From assembly GCA_965285935.1 (NCBI GenBank), contig OZ260664.1, forward strand, positions 52,576,001 to 52,640,000: DNA of 64,000 nt, read 5' to 3'. The translations under genes were made by a program, and so were the position numbers. A model generated the notes under the pieces. The model ran no database searches, was not told the origin of the DNA, and worked only from the letters and a program-made list of their open reading frames with translations. The DNA is from Ophelia neglecta (Eukaryota). Position 1 is the first letter of the stretch, and the number at the start of each line of letters is the position of its first letter. Below are positions 1 to 15,059 of this stretch, one piece after another.

Positions 1-1739
1 TGGTATTTCAGGTTTGCTATGCATACAAAGGCTTAGAATCTATGGTAACTGTGACACGGTTGAAATCAAAACCAAGTAATGCAAGGCCAAATAAACAGAA
101 AAGCATGAATGGACATATCAGAAATTGTTCGTTTGGTTATCTTTGGTTGAAAAGCGGTCCTTACTAAGAATGCCTCCTGCATTGGTAGCTGATGTGACAT
201 TCTTATATAGGGGACAAGTATAAAATAACGAGTTTTGGAGTGGCGAAATTTGGTGTTACCACTGTCACTCATTTTTGAACTTAGTAACACAATGCCTCAG
301 CACGTACGTTTAAAACTTCGCATAGTGAAAAAAAAGCTTCCATAAAATGGACTTTTAGAAAGCGTGATTTAATAAACTCTTGTAGAGACAGCGCTTTGAC
401 TAAGCTTGTGTAGGGCAAAGGGATACCTTCCATCCTGTTTATCTGGGGTAAAATCATACGAGATTATTAATTTCCTTTAAGAAGTATAACGATATCGCTA
501 GAATACGATTACCATTATAAAAAACGGGATTTCCCCTTCTTGCATCGGTTAAGATGCATTGTCCCAAAGACAAAGGCGATGTGAATTACATATGCACTGT
601 ATTAGGTGATCCTGCCTGTGCAGACCAAAGACTTCAACGGAGACGGCATTCTCATTCAGCTGTCAAACGTCTTTGTAATTGTTTATCCTGTCTGAGGGCC
701 ATTCTGTTCAGATATAAGACACAGCAAGCAAACAGCTATTGCCCTGTGTTGTGGTGACCCCTAATCGATTGATTCTTTCATTTTTCCCTTGAAACAAAGT
801 TTATTATCATGAGCACAATATCAAACTGATTCAGCTTCAACGCCGGGTCCAATATTCCGAAGAAACCGTCTTGCTCGGAGACCATGCCCACACTGCTGCA
901 AAGCCTTAGCACTTAATTGAACATGTGGAAGGAGATAAAATGGTTGATGTATAATCTATCCCTAGTTTTAGGCGATAAACGGTCGTAAACTTCTGACCTT
1001 AAGTCGACGCCGGGTCATTGAAGGGGCAGTGAGAGTAGATAATGTCACTGGACATTATCAAGCCCACTTCATTCTTGTCCCAGGGGGAAGTCCGTCTACT
1101 AAATGGTATTAATCGCCTTGCAGCTCATTACGAGTTTAGCGTGCACGTATCAGACCCACTGTTTGGCGCTTAGTAAGATGAACAGTAACAAAGTGGTTTA
1201 GAGACTTTTTACGTCACATGCTTATAAATACGTTAGTGAATTACTACTCAAGCATCAACATTAACGAAAGCAGGTGATTATGAGCATCCCTCTTTGGGTG
1301 GGTTTTTATGTGGCCTATCGTTCTACACTCTGCAATCACTTAGAAATATTCGCGAGTGTTAAACCATGGCTTCTTTCTGCTTTTAAACATATCAAAGTAT
1401 TTATCTCCGTCAAAGTAAACTTTATCAGCGTGGAGTAATATATCGTGATGACAAGAACAAAGGTTTAAACAAATATGTGAACAAGAGACTGAATGTTTTT
1501 GATTATGTTAAACAGCATAAAAAATGCGTGAGAAAAGGCTGGCAAGCGCATTGCAAAGCCAGTTCTTTTCCTTTATTCATATCGACATCGCCAAACTATT
1601 AACCATTTGGACTATTTAAGTACCAGAGAAGTTACTGGGAGCAAACTTTATGTAGCGCGAAGCATGTTTCAGGGGGCCGCACACAATTGTTAAAACCCAC
1701 CATGTCCCTATTAACTACAGCTCGATTAGTTAGCAATTT

Positions 1740-1960
1740 CCTCTGGCCTGTAAGGAAAAAGAGGGAAGCAGATGGATTTTGAATCGATTCATGTACCATT
1801 CTTGTATTAGAAAAGCTGTGTTATCGCAAAGAATGGTGCAAATTCCTCTCCAGGGATGCAATGGTTTAAGCAGATAAGGGTTTTGTAGCGTCAGTATGTA
1901 CCTCTGATTTGAAAGGTTGTTAATGGAACGTTTTCGAATAGTCTTGCCCAAACCGCGAGA
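1740..1960 (-). mobile_element. Possible eroded L1/Tx1 ORF2 C-terminal (zf-RVT) remnant
   Basis: Minus-strand frames give VWARLFENV... then ILCDNTAFL...LLPSFSLQ, loosely like L1/Tx1 'W..IF...HRILPTN.FL...LCSFC..EET'. Broken by frameshifts. Confidence 0.25.
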
Positions 1961-3203
1961 GTTACATTTGAGTAAATGCACTATTTCAATGAAATTTTAA
2001 GAAGTGAGAATACTATATTTTCATCGGGTATGCTATTTCGGTAATTTATTTGCAAAACGCAGAGTTAATAATTGGTTTTAGCCGCTCGCTCACTAGTTGG
2101 CGGAAGTCAATACCCCAATCACAATGTCTCGAGAAACGCATTTTGTGCCAGCAAGTAGTGTCTCATCTGGTTAATACCGTCGCAAGGGTGAAAATGTATA
2201 TAGTGATATCGACATCGTTTGTCGTCACTGAGAAACAGGTAGTACTTGACCTATTGAACTGCGATTTATTGAACATTAAGATAAATCTCACACACTAAAT
2301 TGGCCTAGCCACATTTTTGGAAAGTTTTGGACGATTTTTTTCTTCTTCAAATCAACGCGTTGCCTGATAACATACACCAAATTTGCCAATAAAGGACTTG
2401 AAACTTCAAAGTTAAGATTCAGAAAAATACGTTCTGAGATTTTTCTTGATCGCTTTCAAATAAATGAATGTTGCAATAATCAGCTTTACCAATTGGGTAT
2501 GGACATAAACAAGAGCAAATCGATGTGAAGAGTAATATCAATGTGTTTGACGTTGTCGTTTTTTTTTAGTAGAAACAACAGTTACTCGTTTGATCAGTCT
2601 GAAAGTAAAAGGATTTGACTTCATATGGTACGATTGGATAGGTATCTGGTGTGATATCAGCTGATTTTGGCATGCGTTTGTTATAAATCATGCTATAAAT
2701 GTGATATAACTAAAATACAGCTTTTTGTTAAGCGAAGTTTTGAGAAATGTTTTTAAATGGGATAAACATTTTGAAGTCAACAATTTATGGATAAATTTTC
2801 TACCATCAGGTCCGATTTTCAAATCCACGACAAACAAATCCAGTTCTCTATTCACAAATTGTACAATTGTAAATGGTTGAGAGATATGACCTATCAACAC
2901 GTCGACCAAAGGAACTATTTGCTAGTAGCAAACCAGTCGGACTTAGATTTAATCGAATGCTGTATTGGTTTTTCTAGATTCAAGTTTCACTTCTGCATGC
3001 ATTTATAGTATTAACTGTAATTATACGTTCCATGTGTTGAACAGTCTGCATAGGCCTATAATTGTATGTATTGACTGTGATAAGTCATATTATGCTGAAT
3101 TTTGATATATTTATTTTGTTAACATTACGTTTTATTTTATGTTTACTAATTGTGTGTCACATTGTATATACTGATGAATCAGAAATTATTCCTTTATTCA
3201 AAT

Positions 3204-3239
3204 AACCTTTAAGGTGAAAACCAACCTTTAAGGTGAAAA
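3204..3239. repeat. Perfect 17-bp direct duplication (AACCTTTAAGGTGAAAA x2, 2-bp spacer)
   Basis: Copies at 3204-3220 and 3223-3239 read directly. Confidence 0.9.
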
Positions 3240-5881
3240 ATGTGGCTGATGGTAGACAGTATGCAATATATCTGGCTGACCCTATTCATATGTTGAAATC
3301 AGACCAAAGTTGGAACCATACATTTTCCCGTCATCATAAGCTTTACTGGTTTTCATTTTCCAGCCAACAAATGCTTCACATGTTTATTTAAGGTAATTAC
3401 TGGTAAAGAATGCTTGATTTAACTGATGATAATAATATTATAGAAAGGTATTGACCCATGTGTTGCTATTGCGCCATTTTTTTTACTACATTGTCTGCCT
3501 ACATTAATGGCGCTCATTTTCTGTTTAGCATAATAATTTTACATTAACGGCGCTGACTATATTAACCTATTTTTTTCCTTTTTGGTAAAACTGAAGAACA
3601 CACGCCTTAACACAAACACGTACCTGGCGAGATGCATAACCCTAGTTTATGTCTTTGGGAGACCGAGTAATAGTTCATATATTACTTTTAACCATGTATT
3701 ATTTGCCTTTTATTAAGCTAGTGTCGCATGTTTGTTTCAGCGCCTTAGCATGTATCCCGATCATTTTGTTTTTAATGATATGAAACAGGAGCAGCGTTAC
3801 CTGTTATGACGAAGTTCTTTGGAAAATAGTGCTATGCTTTATCTATGGTCTAACAGATTTTGTTGAAGTTAGCTTTTTCTGTCTGGAACTGAAGGGTCCA
3901 CGCAGTGGCCTATCCATCCCGATATTCGTTTTCGGTAATTTCCAAGGTGTCAGCAAAACTGATGTTCAAGTAAGGTATTGTTTTACACTCGTTGGGCCTT
4001 TGGAAAGAACGAAATGATCTCACTTTGATATGAAATAAAAAGTGCATTTCAATAAATTGATGGATTCCAAAACCAGAAGGAGCCATCTTGAAGAAACCAC
4101 CATCACCCCAAACTGTCACCCTACATTCGCCCTTCCCAGCGTCTCTAATAGTAATGCTACTTATAACTCTGCAATATTATCATGATTGCCATTGGGGATT
4201 TTCATTACTCATTTATCGATTACAAATATCTTCTCATTATGACATTTAATCATGTGTGATCTATTTCCATAGACACAATCACACATTAGAAACTAAATGG
4301 GAATCAGGTCAAGCTGTAAAGCTCTCCAACGTATACATTAGTGCTGTCTTAATTTACCAATCTGTGTACACGGTGCTCCGTTCTTTCAAGAAGTAATCAT
4401 TCCATGATGACTGTTATATTCTGTTCATTTCAGGATCATCCCATTTTAGGTAATATCTTCGGAGATATGCAACCACGAACTATCTTTTTTGATTGGTTAC
4501 CTTGTGTTTATCTTATATATCAGCGTTGGCCATTATATGATATATTTTACCATTTTTTAAACCAAATTCCATATGATTTACGTCGCTTGCATCACGGCCT
4601 GTGGTGAGCTTTCTGGGTGTATGCATTATATTGGCTGCATGCATAATCATTATATTATAATTGCCAGATTAACCACTGACTTAGGCTGCAACACATAATG
4701 TATATTTTATTAAGTTTCATTAGGCGTGTTGATTCTGTTGCGAAAAGGGAGTGTAATGCATGCTACAGTTTCGCCTGCATTTGCCACTCGGACTAATGCA
4801 TAAATACCTCTTTACTCAGACAGGAAGAAGGATAAGGTATATGCATTGGGCTAAACTAATTTAAGGCTTACACAGCCCGGACATCACTCCCTGTTATCTC
4901 TAACGCTGAATTGCATTTGTCGGCTCCCCAAATCAGATCAATGAACTGGTCGAGGGAAACGACCTGCAAAGCGTATTTACAACTGATTCGGCTGCTCACT
5001 GTTCCTGCTTGTTCTTTATCCTCCGATATTCAGGAAGGTCAGCATGCATGGTGCTATAGTCATTAACTGTGAAGATAGAAGTCACTGGATTGAAGTTGTG
5101 CTCTTAAGTTAGCATTCTATCCCAAGGTGACCTTTCCAGTGATTGTTATACTAGGAACATTGAGGTCTGCATTTTGAAGCGAGCAAGATCTGCTTATCTC
5201 ATATGGAAATGGGTATGTCATCTATACCAAATGTTGACTGCCATACGATTGAGATATATATTTGCCTTAGTACGAGCATAGTTACGTTTTTGTATATATA
5301 AAATGTTTCTAGCAGCGATAATAATAAAGACCAAATCGAGTGTCTGCTCCTACTCAACACACTCGCAATCACCCGCTCTATGTCGGCACATGGTAGTATA
5401 TAGCTCCAACGGTCAGCATGTTCTAATCATGGTTATGGCTGGGTGGTATTAACCCAGAGGTATTACAGTAAGCCCGTCTCCCTCTTAGTAGCCGCAAAGC
5501 TGTATTTCTCCATAATGAACATATATAAGTGTTTGGTTTAAACTCCTTGGTTTACCTTTCAGAAATAGTTAATTTATTCTAATGGTACATCTTAGTGGTT
5601 CTTTTACAAGGTATATAGCTTACCAAATAACTATTAAACATCAAAGCCGACAAATCTGTAGGGACCTACCAAATAGAAGCCACGTCACATTGTGGGTTAA
5701 GAAAGGGCAAGCTGTTAATATTGATAGGAATACGATGGCGGCATTTTACAGGGCATGATAGTAACATTTCTCCTTACCCCATTTCAATTAGGGTTAGTTT
5801 ATGGCTTGTTGTTGACAATTTTTAGTTACCAATTTAGGCATTTACGCGTCCCTGCTGTAAAGTGACGCAACCACAATGACA

Positions 5882-6254
5882 CTGGGGGCAACTAATTTGT
5901 AATCGGCCAATCACCTTTCAGCAATGCAGGTCATGATATAATCCCCCGTTCCTACTAAGTTTTGTTTTTTGTCAGATTTCCTTACGGAGGGTAAGGTTTC
6001 GGAATCTCCACTTGAAGACTCATATATGCAAAATGATTCGTTTTTCTAGGCATGTCCCTAACCAATGGTCGGTTTTTCAGCAAATGTCCCTAACCAGGGA
6101 CTAGGCACTTTAAAAACGGTCTTCAAGATACATTTTCATTTTAGGAATGCTTGAAGAAGCACCATGTGTTCTGTTTTGTGTGATTTCCTTACTAAGGGTA
6201 CGGTTTTAGAACCTTCAGCTGCACACCCGAAAAAATGTGTGGAAGAGCCCCCAG
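5882..6254. mobile_element. Degenerate MITE-like non-autonomous DNA element with internal direct repeats
   Basis: 8-bp inverted ends CTGGGGGC (5882-5889) and GCCCCCAG (6247-6254). Internal repeats GATTTCCTTACnnAGGGTAnGGTTT at 5975 and 6182 (22/25 identical) and ATGTCCCTAACCA at 6052 and 6084. Confidence 0.55.
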
Positions 6255-6849
6255 ATCAATTTCCAATATTTTTTGTTGTTCTGCATGTACTAAAACCTCT
6301 TTTAACCGGTCTCATTGGGCTCAGCACAGGGAAATGTTTTTGTCATACCTTAAGCCTTTCCTCTATGTTTAATGCCGCTCTGCTTCTTCATGCTGATCCT
6401 CATGTCGGTAATGGAATGTTTTAACTTGTCTTAGCAATAGTAAAGACACACTTTGGACCAGAAGAAGGCGCCCTTCTTTACTCTCGTGACTGCTATTCAT
6501 CCAGTTTGCCTCCTAGCCCTAAATGACCGAATACAACTACAATGTGGTACCGATTGACAATTCAGTAAAATGTCAGGCCAGCGGGAATAGCAGCATCAGG
6601 TGAATGAGGCACGGCCCCTCGGCTGGCGCCAGTGGTATTGAGGCTTGGCTAGAGTGAGCGCCGTTTGACCAATAACACATTAAGCATGATAAGCGAGGCT
6701 CTCTCACATCACGGATCTTTAATACTTACCGCTGAGCATATCGCCTAACAGGTAGGTCAGATGTTTTTTAGCAATTAGTCCTGTGTCCTTGTAGCACTTC
6801 GTAATCATTAAGTGTTTACTGTTGGCGCTGAAGCAACGAAAAATTTAGT

Positions 6850-7060
6850 TTCTCTTGGGCTGTAGAGCAACCTCCACACATACAGCATTCACTGCTACTG
6901 GCATTCTCTGTTACAGAAGCCTTCTATCCGAAGATTGTTACTCAATACTCTGTGTTTTCGACATAAAGCCTTCTCAATTCAAAGATTTTAAAACCTATAT
7001 CAAAGCGATTGCACTATTGTTTATTTATAAATGTTGACCTATACATCCGCCGCAGTGAGG
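6850..7060 (+). mobile_element. Possible L1/Tx1 ORF2 extreme C-terminus remnant
   Basis: ORF 6855-7037 ends IALLFIYKC, like the L1/Tx1 terminal 'LLAKYFIYKC' motif. An upstream frame gives IQHSLL...VTEAF (cf. IEHLFW.C.VT.AFW). Confidence 0.3.
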
Positions 7061-10000
7061 TATTTCATGTACTAGGCTTTTTATACGTTCATTTAACAGC
7101 ACTGTGAATTTTTTTGTAATGTCCATACCATACATGTTATACCAACCGAAGTACTTAGACATGTATACTAATGCTGTTTCCCATTTACATCTAATGTCTA
7201 ATTACTTTGCCTTTGAATTATATACAAACAAGAACATTATTTGTATTTGTTACTATTATAATATCGTGATATGAAAGAACGGACTAAGCATCAAAACTAG
7301 ATGAAGGCGGGATTGTCTTTACATATGCATATTAAAGGCATAAAGTGAATTCAAAAACAGCAAGTTATGGCGTGCGTAAGTTGGAGAAATCAGCTCTGTT
7401 TAAAACATATTCCACCAATTTAGTTAGTTTATTTCTTGAATGAGGAACAAAATTTCCTTTTTTCAGCATTTTGTATGACTTTGAAATATTGCACTTTAGG
7501 TTCTTATCAAGGCGGTCATATTAGTTGGTATTCATTTTATTCCTCTTTTTACATTTAAATGCGGTAATATTAAAGATCTATTTTCAAATTGTGAATTTCC
7601 ATTCTTAATGTTGCTACCGAATCTGTGGGATAATTTTGTGTTCAGCAGCAGTGTTTTAATATGTATATAGATGGATTTCGTCTGTAACTTTAGTATTTTT
7701 GTAATTTTGTCTGGTTAGTTTTTATAGGCCTACTTTTTAATATTTCAGTGCAGGGATTTTACAGTACATATTTCAGCATGCGAAGTTGTCATGTTTCTCA
7801 CATTTTCGCACTGCAATAAAGGGAAATTAAGACAAGTCGGCATCCTGAAACACCCTTGGCTACAAACCGCATCCTGTATTCGCCTAGCCGAGATTGAGCA
7901 TACCATTAATTTAACAACCACATTGATCGAGGACATCCGAACTTCATGCTATTTAATGCAATTTGATTTAAACTGTTGTCGATTATTGAGGTCGACCCAA
8001 ATGCAGTAAGCTTGAATCAGTATATATGTTGGGCGTACGGTTGGTATATTGACTAATTTATGAGCACATACAATTGGAGCAATCTGGAATACTGTAGCGA
8101 CATTAAACGCAGGTTGCACTCTCATATAAGTAGTTTAGCAGCAACACAAATTTATACAACTCACATGGGAAGAACACTCAAACGCATTAAGGGGATGCTC
8201 AGTCCGAAAAAGCCACCTGTACTTGCTTTCTCCAATTTTGTCAACATCATTTCCATTGATTACGATATGAAGACGACACAATTTGACCACGCAGGTGGCT
8301 TCATTAGCCGGAAAATGTCTGAACGATCCAGAGATATGGCACTTTTAAAATAGCATGCTTGTTTTATGGACTGACTTATCCATGTGACTGTACAGTTTTG
8401 GCTTTTCCCTGATTGTTATAATATTATATGGGAGCACAAGTGCCCTATATATGATTGCCATTTCGTTTCCCGCCCGCCACAATTTAGAAATAAATACTCT
8501 GTGTGGATTTTTATCGGAATGTCTGCATATAGCCAACAATAAGGCCCTATATCATATGAGGAAAAAAAACAATGAAAAACGCCATCAAAGAATGTTCATT
8601 TGTAAGTTAAAGTTGAGCCATTTTTAAGACAAACATATAATAACAACTGGAGACAATTCATGTTTGTATTATATTATTTCTACGTTAGGGCCAATGACTT
8701 AAGCACGCTCTATTAGCTGACTAGGGGGGGGGGGGGTCGAAGAAGTTTTATAAAAAAGATGTATGTCGGCCAATTTTTTAAGAAAAACATATTCCAAGTT
8801 GTGAAAAACAAATTATGTAGGCCACAATAGTTAAAACATATCTGTCTTTAAATACTTAACTTTGCCTTGACTAAAATTGGTCTTTGGGATACAATTTAAA
8901 AACCGAAAGGGTAACCTTCTATCATCAATAACGGTAACTCTGTTATGGATCACCATTTATAGCAAAGCGTGTGTTCTGTGTCCTATTTTAACCGGACAAA
9001 AATTTAAATTGTCAATTTACAAACATACAACTGGGGAAAATTACGTTTGTGGTAAAATTATTCGTCATTGGTACGTCGAGTTTGACAGGAAGCTTGTGCC
9101 CGAGGAAATGCAAATGGGTACCTCGAAACAATTCAGAGGCCAACATAGGTCTGAGTAAATAAATGTCCATGGTGAATGAAAGCTTGCCCTTATGATGACA
9201 AACAAAGTCACATACACTTTTTCTTCTTTACATATTGAGTTGGTACTTCTTTCTGGCATAGAGATAGTGTTTAGATTATTATATCGAAATATTTGCACCA
9301 TCTGTCCTGAGCCTAGAGCAACACAATCTGCAAGTATTATGTTGACAGCAATGCCCCTTGGTATCGATTGCGGGATAACACTTGTCCTTTAGCATTTGTC
9401 TCGTACCAGAATTGCCAGAGAGAAGGTTTCGGGTTTGCTTGTTTTCGTTTCTCTCTTCTTCTAGGCAGTAAACGCGATCACCGTCTTATTGACCGTAATA
9501 GGTAAATAATGAACGATCGATCACCGTCGGAACCTCCAGGGACATGTGGTTTAGAAGATGGAGAGCGTGTGGGTGAGCGGAAAAAGGCAGCTGCACCCCT
9601 GATATGCAATGGCTGCACCCCTGTCCCCATCAATATGGGTGTGCTGGAAATTGTGTTACGAGACACAACACAATTATACCAGTTATGATGTGTTTTTATC
9701 ACTGCTGAAGTGGTATAAGGGAGAGGGTTTGTGTCGAGATTAGAGTTAATGTTGTAAGGCAGCAGGTTAGTTCTTACCGTAAGGCTCCCTCTAATAATTC
9801 GTCTCTTACCTTACGTTAATACGTTTTACGTTTTCTTGATCTCGTAATTCATCTCTTATCTTTTATGAAGTTTACCAGTGTGCCCTTTAGTATAATTATA
9901 TGGATATCCCAGAGACATGAAAGTACAATGTCCTTGTGCTAGTTTTAAAACTTGCTGTATTTTATTTCGTACTTCCTATTCAATCAGATGTACTTTAATA

Positions 10001-13000
10001 GGTATTCAGCACCAATGACAAGAGTAATAGATATTTACAATACCTTTCTCTTTTTTTCTTGCACATAGCTACATCTATGTTAGATAAGGGCGTTATTTAC
10101 CAAATCGAACCCAATTGTGCACAACATAAATAAATGAATACCTTTAAGGACATCATAGTGGAACGACTCTAGATGTAACAGTTTGTCATGCTTGTCCCGA
10201 CAAAACATTCTTAGACACGACATTCTCTTTTGGTATTCGTGTCTTGCAAAGATTTCCCATACCATGGTTGATAAATCGATCTATCCGCTACCGGGTCACT
10301 AGGATACACTTCTTCTTCATGTTGCCAAGTTGTAAATTCAATACCCTAGCATCTTTAAGCACTGTGTAGGGCATAGCTAAAGAGTTATGATCCAATTTAC
10401 TAGACCTAATACATTGCCAGTTGTACATGTAGGTCAGCTGCTTATAACATTTGCCTTGGCCGAGCAGGAACATTCACTTACTTATGTTGCATATTCCTAC
10501 ACTGACCACTGACTCATTTTATTTTGTGTCACTGACTCGTATCGTGGAAAACTGTTCAGTACTTGTCATTGCAGGGGTTATCAATTTTGTGGGGATTTCT
10601 ATTTGGAATAGAAAAAGGGGAGATGACACGCGTCATACACAGCAAAATCACTAAACAAGAATAGTCCATCAAATCCGTCCGCAATCATTAGGAACCGCTG
10701 GGCACAGGCTTACATACATCAATCCCCATTAACATGCTTTCGATCTGTGTGTGCACAAGGCAGTAAAGTAGGTGGGAGGTGGGGTGAGCATAATGTTCTT
10801 CTAGCAGATGTTTGTTTCTTTTCACTAGACTAATTGTTATTTAATTTGGCTGTCTTTCAGTGTGTTTTGTTCGGCATACTGGTTTTGTTGTCTGTTTTTG
10901 GTTAAAATGTAAGGGTGTCTAACATTGATTTATGTCAGTTCCGCGTTACGTACCCTGAAATCCCTATCGTCCGATATGTCATGGTCTCCCTGATTAAATT
11001 GCCAGAGTTCAGACTCTGCGAACGTTCATCCCGGTCTTTTGAGAGCGATTCTGGTCTCCAAGCCACAGTAATAGAATAATGTCACTCACGAGAACGATTT
11101 GTCGGCTCATCAATATGGCTAATTTAGATTTTTACAGTTTTTATGATAATCAAAATGTAATGGGTCTCGATATTCGTCACAGTGTTATTGAAACTTGGAG
11201 ACAGCTTTTCCGACTATTTCTGGTTGTGGTGCATTCCCTCTGAACAATCATTTTGGTTGCTAAAGCATGATAGGAAAATATGGTTCAAGACTAATTAAAT
11301 CAAAAGGACTTCTCGAAATTACTCTTGTCATCGAAATCCAAGGAGAACATATTATTTAGCATTAAGCGGTTGATTCATTATAAATTGATATTGTTTATAT
11401 CGATTTTCCCATAAATCATCACCTGCATACATTTAATCGTGTTTTACTTCTTAGTTTTATAGTTATTTGCAAATGTACTTGGCTTCATAGCAAGAAGGGG
11501 ATGGGTAATATCGCTAATCTTGGCTTTGCTTTATGGGCAGCTCAATCATTGATTTAGAGTGTCACATCGAACTATCATGGGGATCGCCTGGCCGATAATA
11601 TCACTGAAACATTACACATACACAGTAATCATAATCTCCTGGGAAATCAGAGCAGCACATTCTGCTCATCATCTTCTATATACTACACAGCACCTCCTAT
11701 ATACTACACTTCCGCCTGCTGATTTAAAGCTGCGGCTGGAAGAACTCATAAGAAACACTTTCACTTAAACAGGATACCGTTTGATATATGTAAGCAATAG
11801 CAAAGCTTTCTTTTCACACACTGAACGTCGAGGTTATCATATATTAAGTGCACCCTAGTTACTAACACAGGGATAAGACATCTGTAGGTTAAAACGGGCA
11901 TTTTTCCAATTCACGGATAAATATGCCACCGATTTATTTAAACGTAACACTCGCCTTGAGGACTTGTGGAATCAAACCGGCTCGAGGGGCGTCAAAGTAG
12001 GGTCGACGACTCTCCTTTGACTGCTCGTTTGTGTGTTCTAGTTGCCACTGTTTTATCACATACGCAGTAAAAGACTGCATTGGCTTTGAGTGATATATTC
12101 CATACTGATATCATTATGTATGTTGCAGATGCAGATGTTTAGTCACAATAAAATCGTGTCTGGTTCAATCTAAATAGGTAATACCTTTCTGCGATATCGA
12201 AGTTTAACAGCCTTTCCTCTTTAATGTGAAAGGATCTTTTACATCCTTCTCTTGTCATGTGTTTATCGGAGTCCCGGTATCCGACGCTGCGCTGTGGTTA
12301 CCTAAGATACCATACATAACCCCATCTGTGTGCATCACAAGAGTGTCATATGTCCCTGTAATGTGTATTAAGCTTTGTCCTCATTTCTCTCTGAGATGTT
12401 GTTTTTTATCCTCGTTCATCCTTTAAACACTTTTACCTATTGTGGATTGATTCTAATTGTAGGAAACTGTTAACGGCTTCTCCTCACGGGTGATGTTCTT
12501 ACCGAAAGACACTAGACATAACGTTGTATTAAGTTTCTATAGCCGTTTAGAGAGTGTGTCGGTCAAGTGCTATTCTGCAGCTGGCGCATAGATCGTGTAC
12601 CGTTTATTATAATCAGTGATTGTTCTCGATCAACAAATAGGTTTAATAGGACGGATATACTACCCGTTTATGTTCTGATATTCGTTGCCTCTGTTGATAT
12701 AGTTACAAGAGAAACATATTTGTGATCGACTGTTCAAGTCTCATCACGAAACAATTTGGACTGGTGTACATAGATGTGATGTTTGACACCATAAATCAGT
12801 ATCCGTGGATACTGCTGTTCGAATTACAGCTATTTACGCCCGGCCTGTTTTGGATGTTATAGAGAAATGTGGATCATTATAATAAAAACCGAAATTAATG
12901 AAATGACAACTTATGCATTATAAACCGCTACATTATACAAAACGTAAGAACACATTTTTTGACAGTGTAAGGGAAGGATAAAAAAGAAACAGCCAAAAGA

Positions 13001-13129
13001 CAAAATTTATCAAATTTACCAAAAACAAATCTTTCGGTGCGTTCCCCAGCTTTCAAATTGGACAACTCTTGCTCTGCTCGTTTATTCAAAGGAGTTACCT
13101 GATGGTTTGATGTTAAACTAATTGACAGT

Positions 13130-13400
13130 TGTGGCTTCGTCTTGGGAGGTAGGACAATCCCTCCATGGCCTGAGAGGCCAACGTTGTCTGCAAGCAGTCA
13201 CTTGCTCTGTTCGTAGTCACAAAGCATAGAAAGTGGTGTATCATGATCGGTACCAACAGGCTCAATCTTAAGGATCGTTGAGCGGTCCAATCACCTATCC
13301 GCAAAGCATGTTTTATATTGGAGTGCAAAAGGAGTGAGAATGGCTTGGGGTCTTTCATCCACATGGTTCCAACCAATCCCCTATGAGCCAGCCAGAAAAG
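13130..13400 (-). mobile_element. Possible L1/Tx1 apurinic-type endonuclease remnant
   Basis: LVGTMWMKDPKPFS (cf. LVDIWR.KHP...FT), then in shifted frames VGTDHDTPL (cf. SDH) and PWR, in the expected order. Confidence 0.35.
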
Positions 13401-15059
13401 CATATCGTACTGATAGCTGTAGTTTTAGTCATTAACGGTGAGATGTTGAATAACTAAATCGGAAATGAATAAAACTAGTTGGAAGAGACTGTGGCACAAA
13501 CCTGCTGGTAGAAGTAACTAGTTAACAACTTTGCCGACATTTTATCACCTGGGGTTTTGATATAATCATATTGCACATAGTCAAAAGTCAAAAAAGGAAA
13601 CTTGCAGTCCACTTAACCAAATAAGGGGCTTGTCATAGAACAAATCGAGAGTGTGTCATTTGTATTCACAGCCAATGACTTTGTAACAAGATTATGAAAT
13701 TTTAGTTTTCTACCTAATGAGCGTATGGGCAAAATAGGGAAGAGAGTGGTAAAGTGTTTTTTTCTGTCATTTCTTTCCCTTTGTATGGATTAATTTCACA
13801 TGGATCTTATTTGATTTCCCCCCATTATGATTGTTTATGTCGACATTTGTTTGGTTATCTAAGCCTCGAAATATTGAAAATGTCTTATAGATAGCAACAT
13901 TTTCAATTTATAATTACAATGTGTTCATTCCGTTTTAGATGGTGAGACAATCCTGCTGGCCGTCGAAAAACCTGGATGTTTTATAGCACAGGACGAGACA
14001 ATTGATTAGATGCCACATTAAGTCAAGCAGTCTGCAATATAGTGCGCTATTTTGGATATAAAGATATATGTATATATATTGACACCTTATAAGTATACCA
14101 AGCGCAACCTTATATACACCGAGTTCGGTCAAACGTTTAGACGCACGACATCTTTTCAAATACCTTCGGTAAGTGTTTTCTAGTATTCAGAAAGTTTAAA
14201 ATGTGGCACTGTCTATCTCTATAGTGACACATTTTGTGTTCCCTTATAGATCAAAGTGATGGTACAGATTAAAAGTCTGTAATATTGAATGCGTTTCAAT
14301 GACTTTCAAATCAACTTACAATAAACGCATATTTTGTTTACATGTACGATGCTCGAAGTTGGTATAGGAAATAAACACTGAAACTCGAGGTATTCCAATT
14401 GTAATGTAGTCACACGAAGAATACGAATCTCGCTTCCAAATTCAAATATAATACACAAAACCTTTACATGTTGTGGTCAATAGTGATTTGGAAAACACAA
14501 GTGCAAGAAATATTTGCATGCTTACTCCATACAAACATCAAGTTGCTAGTTGGCAGCGAAAGACGGCCAAAGACAGGCCAAGGGCCAGCGAATGAAGAGG
14601 TGTATTCAAAGCTTTTGCTGAACGAGGAAACAGAGTTGAGGTGCTAATTTGTGAATTAGTATGGTAATTGGACGGTTGGGGTTTGAGGGATGATTGTTCA
14701 AGTAAGGGAGGATTGCTAGTCTAGAGAAGATTGGTATTAGCACCAGCACGATATCCTATAGAAAAGACAGAGCCTTGCTATCTCTCTTCTTGTTTGCAAA
14801 TTAACAAATCCTAGAGACTGGTTCATATCAGTGACACTGTTGTAGTCCCCCACCCCATCCATTTATCTTCTCTGCTTTCATGTGACATATCCCTGCGCTG
14901 GGCAGCTTCTAGATGGTATATATGGTTGCTTAATGGGTTTCCCGGTACAACAGGCATCCTCAGTGAGATGTCTCACAAGTGACATATAAGCTTTGGCCTT
15001 TGGCTCCTTTAACTGGTTTAGTGTGAAAGTCAGAGTCAAAAATGTCATTGTCCTTCTTG

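Noticed and set aside
11685-11709. CTATATACTACAC short duplication
   Set aside because: Ordinary two-copy slippage duplication with no further structure.
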